Source: Bacilli bacterium
GTDB taxonomy: Bacteria; Bacillota_I; Bacilli_A; RFN20; CAG-826
Length of the DNA stretch: 42,799 nt
Direction of reading: 5' to 3'
Assembly (NCBI GenBank): GCA_034176765.1
Contig: JAXFTN010000141.1
Location: 1-42,799, forward strand
Below, in pieces: positions 15,015 through 23,860 of the stretch. Position 1 is the first letter of the stretch; each line of letters begins with the position of its first letter. The notes under the pieces are model-generated. The model had not been told where the DNA came from. It saw only the letters and a list, made by a program, of their open reading frames with translations, and did not search any database. The position numbers and the translations under genes were made by a program.

Positions 15015-16075
15015 TATAATTTACCTCCACAGTTAGGACAAAATTTTGCACTTTCTTTTACTTCAGTACCACATTCTTTACAAAATCTTTTTCCTAAAGG
15101 TGTACCACAATTTGAGCAAAACTTTGCACTTGTTTTATTTTCAAAATTACATTTTGGACAAACCTTATTATTGCTATTTGAAGAAGGTTTAGAAGTTTGA
15201 TCATTAGCTTGATTCATCATTTCTTTACCAGCTTTTAAAGCAAAAGCAAATCCTAATCCTGTATTCATTCCATTGTTAATTTCATTGTTGCCGTTACCTG
15301 GATTTTTAGCAGCATCACGCATTGCTTCAACTGTTTCAATTTTAGCATAGTCATCAATGCTTCCTTTCATGACACCAACGCCAGTTCTTTTATCAATCAT
15401 TTTTTCAACATCAGTAGGTAAAGATAAGTTTTCAATATAAAGGCCTTTAATTTCAATTCCTAATCTAGAAAATTCTTTTTCTAATTTTTCTTTTGCAATT
15501 AAAGTAATATCATCATAGTTCATTGCTAAATCTAAAGCTGGACAACCTAGTTCAGCAATAGAGTTAGATAAAATAGAAGTAATAATTGATCTAAAATATT
15601 TATCAACATCACTAACATATAAATAATCTGTACTTCCAGCTATCTCAAATATAGCATCTTGTGGCTTCTTAATAGCAAAACTATATTTACCAAAGCCCCT
15701 GATACGTACCATACCAAAATCTTTGTCACGCATCATTATAGGTTTAGAAGTTCCCCATTTGTTATCTAAAAATTGTTTAGTCTGGAAAAAAATTATATCA
15801 GCAGTAAAAGGACTTTCAAATGCATATGTCCAACTATACATAGCTGTTAATAAAGGAATATTTTTTACATCCTTTAATGAATATGTACCAGGCATAAAAA
15901 CGTCAGCAAGTTTTCCTTGATTAATAAAAACAGCACATTGACCCTCACGAACAACAAGTGTTGATTTTTTCATTATTTCTTCTTTCTTTTCAAGAGGATA
16001 TTTATATACTATTTCATCACTATTTACATTTTCCCATTGGATAACTTTACGAAATTGATTTCTAAAAAAACCCAT
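15014..16075 (-). CDS. Second YdjI-like SPFH/Band-7 protein with C-terminal zinc ribbons (paralogue of 12834-13898)
   Basis: The first ~130 aa are nearly colinear with the paralogue (MGFFRNQFRKVIQWENV...FESPFTADIIFFQTKQF). C-terminus CPKCNFENKTSAKFCSNCG...FCKECGTEVKESAKFCPNCG. Confidence 0.8.
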   Translation of the reverse strand: MGFFRNQFRKVIQWENVNSDEIVYKYPLEKKEEIMKKSTLVVREGQCAVFINQGKLADVFMPGTYSLKDVKNIPLLTAMYSWTYAFESPFTADIIFFQTKQFLDNKWGTSKPIMMRDKDFGMVRIRGFGKYSFAIKKPQDAIFEIAGSTDYLYVSDVDKYFRSIITSILSNSIAELGCPALDLAMNYDDITLIAKEKLEKEFSRLGIEIKGLYIENLSLPTDVEKMIDKRTGVGVMKGSIDDYAKIETVEAMRDAAKNPGNGNNEINNGMNTGLGFAFALKAGKEMMNQANDQTSKPSSNSNNKVCPKCNFENKTSAKFCSNCGTPLGKRFCKECGTEVKESAKFCPNCGGKL

Positions 16076-16156
16076 AAGTAATTCCTTTCACTTAACGTTT
16101 ACCTTTCTATATTTTTTATGTTATCACATTTTATTTACCTGCGCATTATTAATTAA

Positions 16157-16185
16157 TTGAAAATATATATTTGATAATATATAAT
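16157..16185 (+). promoter_or_regulatory. Sigma-A-like promoter for tRNA-Ser(CGA)
   Basis: TTGAAA (16157-16162), a 17-nt spacer, TATAAT (16180-16185), 9 nt upstream of the tRNA 5' end. Confidence 0.6.
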
Positions 16186-16194
16186 GAAAAAGCC

Positions 16195-16285
16195 GGAGAA
16201 ATACTCAAGTGGTTGAAGAGACTAGTTTCGAAAACTAGCAGGAGGTGCAAGCCTCGCGAGGGTTCAAATCCCTCTTTCTCCGCCA
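16195..16285 (+). tRNA. tRNA-Ser (anticodon CGA), encoded CCA
   Basis: GGAGAAATACTCAAGTGGTTGAAGAGACTAGTTTCGAAAACTAG...GAGGGTTCAAATCCCTCTTTCTCCGCCA. CTAGT/ACTAG anticodon stem with loop TTCGAAA. Long variable arm. Confidence 0.9.
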
Positions 16286-16381
16286 TTAATGGAAGTTTTC
16301 TATTTTTTATCTATTTGTATATATATTTTAAAAATAAGTAATAAAGAACAACTTTAGTTTATATAAATTATTTTAATAAAT

Positions 16382-16406
16382 AAAAAAAGGAGATAACTCC
16401 TTTTTT
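16382..16406. terminator. Bidirectional hairpin terminator
   Basis: AAAAAAAGGAG ATAA CTCCTTTTTT lies between the tRNA and the convergent HTH gene stop (16412). Confidence 0.65.
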
Positions 16407-16411
16407 GTTAT

Positions 16412-17212
16412 TTAGTTTTCGTTTTCAACGATATCTTCGTCTTCATCATCATCTTCTACGTCTTTTTTAAAAATACCTACTACCATATAATAAATTGGTA
16501 TTGTAATAAATAAGACCCATAATGGATGCCATAATTTTAAAAAGACACCTAAAGCACAATATAATGCTGTAATGAATACTGGATAAGCAAAATGCTTACC
16601 ATTCTTTAGTTTTATTGATTTATAAATTGAACCTGGAACAGGAATAGCTATAAATAGGAACCAAAATGCACCGTATCCAAAACCTAGTGGATTTAATATT
16701 CCTAAAATAAAATAAGAAATAACAACTACTAAAGTAGTAATGCCTGTAATAGTACCAGCAATCTTATCTTCTTTACTTTCAAATTTTTTTAATAAATCTT
16801 TCTTAACAATAGTTTTTGATTTTCCATCTTTATCAGTCACAATGGTTTTGCCTTTTTCTACTGTGACTACATTTCTTTCATCATCTTTTATTGTGACAAC
16901 ACCCTTACCTGTACTAACTATTATCCCATCATTATCTTCAAAAATTACTCCAGACTCACTATTATTCTTAAAATTGGAATTTTTGTTTTCTTCAATAATA
17001 TCCATAGCATCATCACCATTTAGTAATTCATCTAATGAGATACCATATAGTTTAGCTAATTGAATTAAATTATCAGTATCAGGAGAAGATTCACTTCTTT
17101 CCCACTTTGAAACTGCTTGTCTTGAAACTCCCAATTTATCTGCTAATTCTTCTTGTGATAAATGATGTTTTTTTCTTAATTCACATAATCTGTTTGCTGT
17201 TTTAATATTCAT
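16412..17212 (-). CDS. XRE-family HTH regulator fused to a C-terminal multi-pass membrane domain
   Basis: LCELRKKHHLSQEELADKLGVSRQAVSKWERSESSPD HTH. Four hydrophobic helices in the C-terminal half. Acidic tail DVEDDDEDEDIVENEN. Confidence 0.8.
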   Translation of the reverse strand: MNIKTANRLCELRKKHHLSQEELADKLGVSRQAVSKWERSESSPDTDNLIQLAKLYGISLDELLNGDDAMDIIEENKNSNFKNNSESGVIFEDNDGIIVSTGKGVVTIKDDERNVVTVEKGKTIVTDKDGKSKTIVKKDLLKKFESKEDKIAGTITGITTLVVVISYFILGILNPLGFGYGAFWFLFIAIPVPGSIYKSIKLKNGKHFAYPVFITALYCALGVFLKLWHPLWVLFITIPIYYMVVGIFKKDVEDDDEDEDIVENEN

Positions 17213-17387
17213 TGCTTTACCTCCCTAACAACACTTTTATTAAACCAGTAGCATACACGGTTGCACTACATATTCTAGTTTGAAACAACGCAACTATTGG
17301 TTGCAAATGCAAATTTTATCTCGTTTAAGGTGTAAATTGCTAAGTTTTACTATATTAGGTGATCTAAGAAAATAAATACTATCATTA

Positions 17388-18316
17388 TTATATAATCTTT
17401 AATATTTCTTCACCAAATCTACGTCCTAATGCTAATTCACTTAGTGAATCATAATGTCCCCAGTCAGGATTTCCTTCTGGTTCTTTATCGATAGTTAATC
17501 CCATATCGATTGTAGAAAAGTAAATATTTAGAGGTGAAAGCGTAGAAAATTTTTCTTTTGCTTCATTAATAATTGGATAAGCACGTTCACAATAAGGACT
17601 ATTAGAAATACCTGCATCAATAAAATAGATACCATCTTCACTCGCATAATCTTCTAAATCTTCACGAGGGTAAGAAACAAATGCTTTTTGGTTTTTATAA
17701 TATCTATTTGCTTTTTCATAAGTTGTATCTGATTCACCTTGCATCCAACATATAGCAGATATTTGAGGATCATAATTGAACTTTTCTAATTCACCCATAT
17801 ATTTATTAACAAATTCAATACATGCATCATAAATCCAAGCCCTTTTTTGATTATATAGCCAATGATAATTTAATGAATAACCTGACATCGTATATTTTAA
17901 AATAAAAACTTTTTCATTATTTAAATTATCATTTAATATATCAGCAATACCAAGTTCAGGGCCAAAGCGTCCTTCATATGCACATGTTAAATCAACGTTT
18001 TTAAATTCACCATCTGAAGAAACATCTTGATTATCAATACAATAATTAATCAAAACATTTTCAAAACCATTTTCGAATTTTTGATACTCTTCTTCAGAAA
18101 TATTTTTTTGTAAATAATCATTATATGAACAACCCGAAGCATTACTCTGTCCTAAAAGCAAAACTACTTTTGTTTTGTTTCCATTTCCATCTTCTAAATT
18201 TTAAGTATCTTTATAATCGGTATTCATATCTATTTTATAATAGTCTTTATTTTCACAAGAAGATAAACACAAACAACAAAGCATTAAAATACAAGTATAA
18301 AATGTATTTTTTTCAT
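17388..18316 (-). pseudogene. Disrupted lipoprotein esterase of the SGNH / sialate O-acetylesterase-like (GQSN) family
   Basis: The 3' ORF contains VVLLLGQSNASG (block I) but has no ATG. Reading upstream in frame hits TAA at 18203-18201. Further upstream, ATG 18316 encodes MKKIHFILVF and then stops. One extra T in the T4 run (18286-18289) would give MKKIHFILVFLMLCCLCLSSCENK, a signal peptide with an LSSC lipobox, in frame with the esterase. Confidence 0.6.
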
Positions 18317-18339
18317 AATATCAACAAAAAATTTCATTA

Positions 18340-19107
18340 TTATTCTTCAATATTTTTTGAAGATTCTTTTCTCTCCGGAATATACGTAAATAAATCTTTA
18401 ATAGATTTAAACCAACGATCTTCCTTTTTCCTTGTGAAATGTTCCCATAATGAAGTAAATATAAATATCAATGCTAACATAGATAAAGCAAACATCCACC
18501 ATTTAAAGACCGGTAATTCATGTGGACCATGTACTAAGTACATTGCATTTGGACTAGGTAAGCCTCCTAAATAGAAAATTAATTCAACAATTCCACCAAC
18601 AACACCACATGATAATAGACCAAAAGTATAAGGAACTAAGTTATATACATTTATTTTTACATATCCACCAACAAATAAGAATAAGCAACCCATTAATAAA
18701 AATGAATGAGATAATGCAGATTGAAAACTACCCCACTCTTTAAAACCAGGATCTGTGAAAAAAACAGTGATTATAGCACCAAAACAACCTCCATATGCAA
18801 CAAATGTTGCCATGTTTTTAAAAAACTTAGATTCTTTATTTGGCCATAAACTTACAAGAACGAGCAAGTCCATCATATAATTGCAAAAATAAATTGGAAA
18901 TAATTGGTTATCTGCTGCTAAACCGCCACCACCATTTGCAAAAAAAGTTGTATAAATAGTTGAGATATGCATTGCAAAACAAAGTGATGCAACAATAAAT
19001 AAGAATAAATTTTTATATTTTTGTTTCTTTATATAATGAGCTAAGAATAGCGTTAATGAAACTACAAAAAATGAACAAAACAAATAGATAACTTGATCTT
19101 TAGTCAT
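18340..19107 (-). CDS. Polytopic integral membrane protein (about 7 TM), function unknown
   Basis: Hydrophobic helices throughout. Start set to ATG 19107 (MTKDQV), which has an AAGGAAG SD. The ORF-track start 19143 falls inside the upstream terminator hairpin. Confidence 0.6.
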   Translation of the reverse strand: MTKDQVIYLFCSFFVVSLTLFLAHYIKKQKYKNLFLFIVASLCFAMHISTIYTTFFANGGGGLAADNQLFPIYFCNYMMDLLVLVSLWPNKESKFFKNMATFVAYGGCFGAIITVFFTDPGFKEWGSFQSALSHSFLLMGCLFLFVGGYVKINVYNLVPYTFGLLSCGVVGGIVELIFYLGGLPSPNAMYLVHGPHELPVFKWWMFALSMLALIFIFTSLWEHFTRKKEDRWFKSIKDLFTYIPERKESSKNIEE

Positions 19108-19122
19108 AAATACTTCCTTTCT

Positions 19123-19156
19123 AAAATAAAAATGTATCTTCATTGAAGATACATTT
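19123..19156 (-). terminator. Rho-independent terminator after the thioredoxin-like gene
   Basis: AAATGTATCTT (19130-19140) pairs with AAGATACATTT (19146-19156). TTATTTT follows on the minus strand. Confidence 0.7.
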
Positions 19157-19173
19157 ATTCATCATAACATAAA

Positions 19174-19893
19174 TTATTTTCTAGTAACGTTCTTTTCAAA
19201 TGTTCCTTCATGATAATAGAAGTCACTTATAAATTCTGCAATAACAATTTTTTCTGTACCATCAATACCAAAGTAAACATCAACAATTTCACCATTCTCA
19301 TACAAAACTAATGTAGGAGTAGGAGTTTCACCATTTGCAAGATCATCACTGAAATCTTGGTCAGATACTTCTTCGCATTCTTCTGTTGTTAAACCATTAA
19401 CAATTTGAAGAGCATCTACATTATTTTCAAACCATTGATAATAATGTGGTACATCTTTATAATCTTTATCATTTTCATCATAAGCAAAATCTGTGTCATA
19501 TGCATACATAAATTTAACAACAGGTTTTTCATGTGATGAATTTTTTTCATAATATTCATTTACAAAATATTTGATACCTTTTTCAGCTGTTGTACATGCA
19601 TTACAATCTTCACCAACTAAAATCAATAAGAATTTATCACCATATTCAGAAGTTAATTTACCTTCTTCTTCATATTTTAAGAAATCTTCAGCACTGATAT
19701 CGTTTTTATTAATAAAACTATATTTGCCGCTATTTTCTGATAAATCTTTAATTCCTTTAGAAATTGAAGGAATTGAGAAAATAATCCCGAAAATAATACC
19801 AACAACCAATAAAGGTTGAATCCAAGCTGTTTCTTTAATCCAGTTCCAAATTTTAGCAAAGAATGAACCTATTGCCTTAAAAACTTTTTTCAT
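19174..19893 (-). CDS. Membrane-anchored thioredoxin-fold protein (CNAC motif)
   Basis: N-terminal TM helix. LILVGEDCNACTTAEK is a CxxC context. TPTPTLVLYENGEIVDV resembles the thioredoxin cis-Pro/beta-strand block. Confidence 0.55.
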   Translation of the reverse strand: MKKVFKAIGSFFAKIWNWIKETAWIQPLLVVGIIFGIIFSIPSISKGIKDLSENSGKYSFINKNDISAEDFLKYEEEGKLTSEYGDKFLLILVGEDCNACTTAEKGIKYFVNEYYEKNSSHEKPVVKFMYAYDTDFAYDENDKDYKDVPHYYQWFENNVDALQIVNGLTTEECEEVSDQDFSDDLANGETPTPTLVLYENGEIVDVYFGIDGTEKIVIAEFISDFYYHEGTFEKNVTRK

Positions 19894-20110
19894 TTTATAG
19901 ACCTCCTATATATACACAATATAGCCATTTAATATTACCATTAAAAAGAAGTCATTTCAATAAATATTTTGTATTTTTTCTTGTCATTATAGAAAAATTT
20001 CAATAAATTATATTTTGTATATTATATATAATCTTTTATTATTAAATTATATATTTAATAATTGCTTTTTTTCTTTCTTAGTATAAAATACATATATGAG
20101 GTTTTGATTT

Positions 20111-21091
20111 ATGAATGGAACAAAGAAAAGTTTAAAGAAAAAATATGATGATTATATGTTTAATCATCTTAAATTAAAAAATACAATTGATACTACATTT
20201 TCTTTGATAGCAATTATTTTATCAGCATTTATCTTTGCTTTTGGATTCAGATCATTTATTTCTCCAGCAACAGGAACTAGCTTAGCATCTGGAGGGATGT
20301 CAGGATGTTCACAAATTATATTAAGAATTATTGTTCTTATTCATGGTGAAATAGATCAAACTGTTGCTGAAAACATTGTTTCTATAGCATATTTTGTTTT
20401 AAATATACCTATTTTCATACTAGCTTGGAAAGGTATTGGAAAACGTTTTGCTATTTATTCGTTAGTAAATATTTTCTTCGTTTCATTCTTTATTTCTTTT
20501 ATTCCTGATTCATTGACTAATTTATTTACAATAGCTCCTGAAGATTTTATTTCTAGAGCATTATTTGCTGGTATATGTACAGGTTTAAGTAGTTCACTAG
20601 CTTATTTTGTTGATGGTTCAGCTGGTGGCCTTGATGTAATTTCTTATTACTTCGCAATTAAAAAATCAACTTCAGTAGGAAAATACATGTTCAGTTTCAA
20701 TGCTGTTGTCATTACTGTATTCACAATATTGTCATCAATAAATAATTCTTCTGCTTCAATTATTTTACTTTATACAATCGTATATTTATTTACTTCTTCA
20801 ACTGTAACTGATAAATTTAGCATTCGAAATAAAAAATCGCAAATTCAAATTATCACTCAACACGAGGAATTACCACAAGTTTTAATTGCCAATTTCCCTC
20901 ATGGATGTACTGTAGCTGATGCAAAAGGTGCATTCTCTGGAAACGGTGTCAAAATCATCTATATGATTGTTTCTTCATTTGAAGTAAAAAGTGTTGTAGA
21001 GTTAGTTAATAAAGTTGATCCAAATGCCTTTGTTAATGTATTTAACATTAATCAAGTATATGGCAAATTCTATATTAAGCCGATTAAATAA
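20111..21091 (+). CDS. YitT-family membrane protein (DUF161 repeats plus C-terminal DUF2179-like domain)
   Basis: GG-containing TM repeats (ASGGMSG, SAGGLDV). C-terminal soluble block PHGCTVADAKGAFSGNGVKIIYMIVSSFEV...DPNAFVNV. Confidence 0.8.
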   Translation: MNGTKKSLKKKYDDYMFNHLKLKNTIDTTFSLIAIILSAFIFAFGFRSFISPATGTSLASGGMSGCSQIILRIIVLIHGEIDQTVAENIVSIAYFVLNIPIFILAWKGIGKRFAIYSLVNIFFVSFFISFIPDSLTNLFTIAPEDFISRALFAGICTGLSSSLAYFVDGSAGGLDVISYYFAIKKSTSVGKYMFSFNAVVITVFTILSSINNSSASIILLYTIVYLFTSSTVTDKFSIRNKKSQIQIITQHEELPQVLIANFPHGCTVADAKGAFSGNGVKIIYMIVSSFEVKSVVELVNKVDPNAFVNVFNINQVYGKFYIKPIK

Positions 21092-21092
21092 A

Positions 21093-21545
21093 TTAATTCA
21101 ATATCCAAACAGCAGCATTAAGGTATGTTGCTATTAGTAGCCATAAAGGATAGATACATAATATTATATCAATATATTTGAATTTATCTCTTAATTCCAT
21201 TAGTAAATAAACTGCAGCTATTAAATTAAATAAGATTATTACCATACTTAAAAAGAGATTGTGTATAACAAAAAATGTTAAACACCAAAAAATATTTAAG
21301 ATTCCATTTACACTTAATAAGATAACTAGGTTCTTAGTTATCTTTTTTTCTCTTAATAAATAATAAATGCAGATTGCAAAAAGTGTATATATAACTGTCC
21401 ACATCAAAGGGAATAAGAAATTTGGTGGCCAGTAACTAGGTTTTGTTATCTCCATAAACCAATCTTTTGATAGCATAAAGAAAGTAGTCCCTAAGATTGC
21501 AACAATCAAAACCGGTATAATGCTTAATAAAATATTTTTTATCAT
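21093..21545 (-). CDS. tspO: TspO/MBR family tryptophan-rich sensory protein
   Basis: Five TM helices. KPSYWPPNFLFPLMWTVIYTLFAI matches the TspO signature region. Ends 1 nt from the convergent yitT-like stop. Confidence 0.75.
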   Translation of the reverse strand: MIKNILLSIIPVLIVAILGTTFFMLSKDWFMEITKPSYWPPNFLFPLMWTVIYTLFAICIYYLLREKKITKNLVILLSVNGILNIFWCLTFFVIHNLFLSMVIILFNLIAAVYLLMELRDKFKYIDIILCIYPLWLLIATYLNAAVWILN

Positions 21546-21591
21546 AGTGTTTCTCCCTTTATTAATATATTCACTTTTTATTAATTAATAC

Positions 21592-21618
21592 AAAAAAGCT
21601 AAGAGATTACCTCTTAGC
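21592..21618 (-). terminator. Rho-independent terminator after the CotD-like gene
   Basis: GCTAAGAG (21598-21605) pairs with CTCTTAGC (21611-21618) around a 5-nt loop. TTTTTTG follows on the minus strand. Confidence 0.7.
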
Positions 21619-21670
21619 TAATATTCTCAATAATCTCGAGATTCAAAAGAATAAGAAAAGTTAATGAATT

Positions 21671-21898
21671 CTATCGTCCGTAATATGTATTTTTCATGCC
21701 TTCACATACATTTTCCTCAGTAGTTGTATGTGATGGATAATAAACTGGTCGAGGAACAAAATGATTAACTATCCTCGTTTGTGTAGGACAAATAACCGGT
21801 TGTTCAACTGTATAATATCTATTACATACAGTTTCCTTTACAGGCATTACTATTGGTTCATATTTACAAGGACATTGTGGTGTACACCTTCTATACAT
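21671..21898 (-). CDS. Small Cys/Pro/Tyr/His-rich protein resembling spore coat protein CotD family
   Basis: 75 aa. The repeating pattern PIVMPVKETV...VEQPVICPTQTRIVNHFVPRPVYYPSHT recalls CotD-type coat proteins. It has its own terminator. Confidence 0.45.
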   Translation of the reverse strand: MYRRCTPQCPCKYEPIVMPVKETVCNRYYTVEQPVICPTQTRIVNHFVPRPVYYPSHTTTEENVCEGMKNTYYGR

Positions 21899-21922
21899 AA
21901 ATATATTCTCCCGTATTAAGAT

Positions 21923-22873
21923 ATGTTAAATAGAAAAATGTGTAATGACATTTGCCTAATTTTTAAATTATTTACATACTCTATAATGATGAAAACATTA
22001 AAAAAATTATTTCCTTTTGTCTTTTTACTTATTTTAATTATCTTTTCTTCAATTAGTTCACTTGTATTTATTAAAGTACAAGCTTTATTTGAAACATTCT
22101 TTTTTTCTTTAATTCCACTCCTAGCACCAACAATTCTTTTTGATTGTCTATTTGTAAATAGTGGTGGATTAGATACATTATGTGAATTATGTAATCACAA
22201 AAGTAACTTATTTTTAAAAATTATTATCATAATAATTGGAATTATTGGTGGGTCTGCTTCTTTATCATTTTATATAAACCACTTAATTAAAAAAAATATA
22301 CTTTCTATAAAGGAAGGTCAACTAATACTAAATTATTTTTTCTTACCATCATTACCATTTGTTATTAATATTGTCTTAATAAAATTAGACTTTAAATTAT
22401 CATTAATATTCATTTTTTTACTTTATGTTATTCCTTTTTTTATTTATATAATTAGAAGTACTAAAAAAAGGAATAAGATTGTGTTTTTAGAAAATACGAC
22501 AATAGAAAAAAATTCTATTGATTTTATAGCTAACTCAATTTATCAAGCAGGTAAAACAATGGTAATTATATGTGGAACTATTATCTTATATAATATTCCT
22601 TACTATACACTTATTCATTTTTTCCATTTAGATGATTACTACGAAATACAAGGATTAATCGAATTTTCAAATGCAATAATAAACTTAACAAACAATTTAA
22701 CTACTAAAAGTATTTGTTCAATAATGTTTATTCTTTCATTTTCTTCTTTTTCAACATACTCTCAAACTCATATAATGGTCGAAAATCTTAATATTTTCGA
22801 TCTTATTAAAAAAAGGCTATTACTAGCCTTAATAAATACAACTATTATTTTGCTTTTTCTTTTAAATATTTAG
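21923..22873 (+). CDS. YlbJ-like sporulation integral membrane protein (start uncertain, possibly the MMKTLKK Met near 21986)
   Basis: Polytopic membrane protein convergent with coaD, as ylbJ is in B. subtilis. Its 3' end overlaps coaD by 29 nt. Confidence 0.45.
   Translation: MLNRKMCNDICLIFKLFTYSIMMKTLKKLFPFVFLLILIIFSSISSLVFIKVQALFETFFFSLIPLLAPTILFDCLFVNSGGLDTLCELCNHKSNLFLKIIIIIIGIIGGSASLSFYINHLIKKNILSIKEGQLILNYFFLPSLPFVINIVLIKLDFKLSLIFIFLLYVIPFFIYIIRSTKKRNKIVFLENTTIEKNSIDFIANSIYQAGKTMVIICGTIILYNIPYYTLIHFFHLDDYYEIQGLIEFSNAIINLTNNLTTKSICSIMFILSFSSFSTYSQTHIMVENLNIFDLIKKRLLLALINTTIILLFLLNI
22806..22830 (-). terminator. Terminator of the ylb-like operon embedded in the 3' end of the convergent membrane-protein gene
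   Basis: AAGGCTA (22813-22819) pairs with TAGCCTT (22824-22830) around a 4-nt loop. TTTTTTTAAT follows on the minus strand, 15 nt past the coaD stop. Confidence 0.6.
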
Positions 22874-23321
22874 TTACCATTGGTGGAACTAAAGAAGAAA
22901 CATCTTGTCCTGCTAGAGCCATCTCTTTAATCATCGAAGATGAAATAAAGTTATTTTCAGAATTTGCCATAAAGAAGACCATTTCTATTTCATTGTTAAT
23001 AAATCTATTAGCCGCTGCTAATTGAAATTCATATTCGAAATCAGAAACTGCTCGTAACCCACGTACTAAAACTTGTACATTGTTCTTACTTGCATAATCA
23101 ACAACTAATCCTTCGTAAAAATCAACTTTCACATTTGGTAAGTCTTTAACTGAATCTTTAATCATATTAACTTTTTCTTCTATTGAAAAGAAAGGCTTTT
23201 TGGCAGGAGAAATAGCTACTAATACAATTAATTCATCATACAATTTTGATGCTCTATTTATTATATTTAAATGTCCATTTGTAATAGGATCGAAACTACC
23301 AGGATATACTGCTTTTATCAT
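22845..23321 (-). CDS. coaD: Phosphopantetheine adenylyltransferase
   Basis: AVYPGSFDPITNGHLNII nucleotidyltransferase motif. 158 aa. Confidence 0.95.
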   Translation of the reverse strand: MIKAVYPGSFDPITNGHLNIINRASKLYDELIVLVAISPAKKPFFSIEEKVNMIKDSVKDLPNVKVDFYEGLVVDYASKNNVQVLVRGLRAVSDFEYEFQLAAANRFINNEIEMVFFMANSENNFISSSMIKEMALAGQDVSSLVPPMVTKYLKEKAK

Positions 23322-23323
23322 AC

Positions 23324-23857
23324 TTACCTCCTCAATATGGTTAAATGTATAAAACCATATTTAAATCTTTTTACTTTGGAAAATAAAGATTCATCGATTT
23401 GAAACTCTTTATCAGTTTCAACAACAATTATACCATCATCAGTTATTATTTTTCTATCTATAAGAAAATTTACAATATCGTTACATATATCCATTGCATA
23501 AGGAGGATCTAATAAAACAACATCAAATGAATTTTCTTGTAAAGTATTCAAATAATTTTGATAATCTGACTTAACAACTTTAGCATTATCTATTTTTAAT
23601 GTAGTTAAATTGGTTTTAATACATTTAATTGGTTCATTTTCTAAATCAACAAAAGTACAAAAAGAAGCTCCTCGAGATAAAGCCTCTATGCCATAAGCAC
23701 CAGATCCAGCGAATAAATCAAGGACCCGTTTTGTAACAATACTATCGCCAAGAGAAGAAAATAAAGATTCTCGTATCCTATCTTTTGTTGGACGAGTTGT
23801 CTTTTCACTTGGAAAAATAATATTTCTATGTCGATAAATACCACCAATAATTCTCAT
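23324..23857 (-). CDS. rsmD: 16S rRNA (guanine966-N2)-methyltransferase RsmD
   Basis: RPTKDRIRESLFS, LDLFAGSGAYGIEALSRGA and VLLDPPY motifs. Confidence 0.9.
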   Translation of the reverse strand: MRIIGGIYRHRNIIFPSEKTTRPTKDRIRESLFSSLGDSIVTKRVLDLFAGSGAYGIEALSRGASFCTFVDLENEPIKCIKTNLTTLKIDNAKVVKSDYQNYLNTLQENSFDVVLLDPPYAMDICNDIVNFLIDRKIITDDGIIVVETDKEFQIDESLFSKVKRFKYGFIHLTILRR

Positions 23858-23860
23858 ATA

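Noticed and set aside
14904-15200. 98-aa plus-strand ORF with the same PQLGQNF/PHSLQNL repeat peptides
   Set aside because: Antisense of the zinc-ribbon region of the second SPFH paralogue and of the YdjG-like N-terminus. Same explanation as above.
17250-17310. Repeated GGTTGCA motifs and the small palindrome GCAAC-TATTG-GTTGC upstream of the membrane HTH gene
   Set aside because: Arms of only 5-7 bp, and I could not place a convincing -35/-10 pair relative to them. Too weak to call an operator.
18125-18574. 149-aa plus-strand ORF across the esterase/membrane-protein junction
   Set aside because: Antisense to two minus-strand genes with low-complexity Asn/Lys/Phe/Tyr content and no SD. The region is better explained by the disrupted lipoprotein signal peptide on the minus strand.
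21923-21985. N-terminal 21 codons of the YlbJ-like ORF as given in the track
   Set aside because: This stretch starts 24 nt from the divergent CotD-like gene and encodes a non-hydrophobic leader. The internal Met pair (MMKTLKK) before the first TM helix is the more likely start. The longer coordinates are kept in the feature only because I cannot decide from sequence alone.
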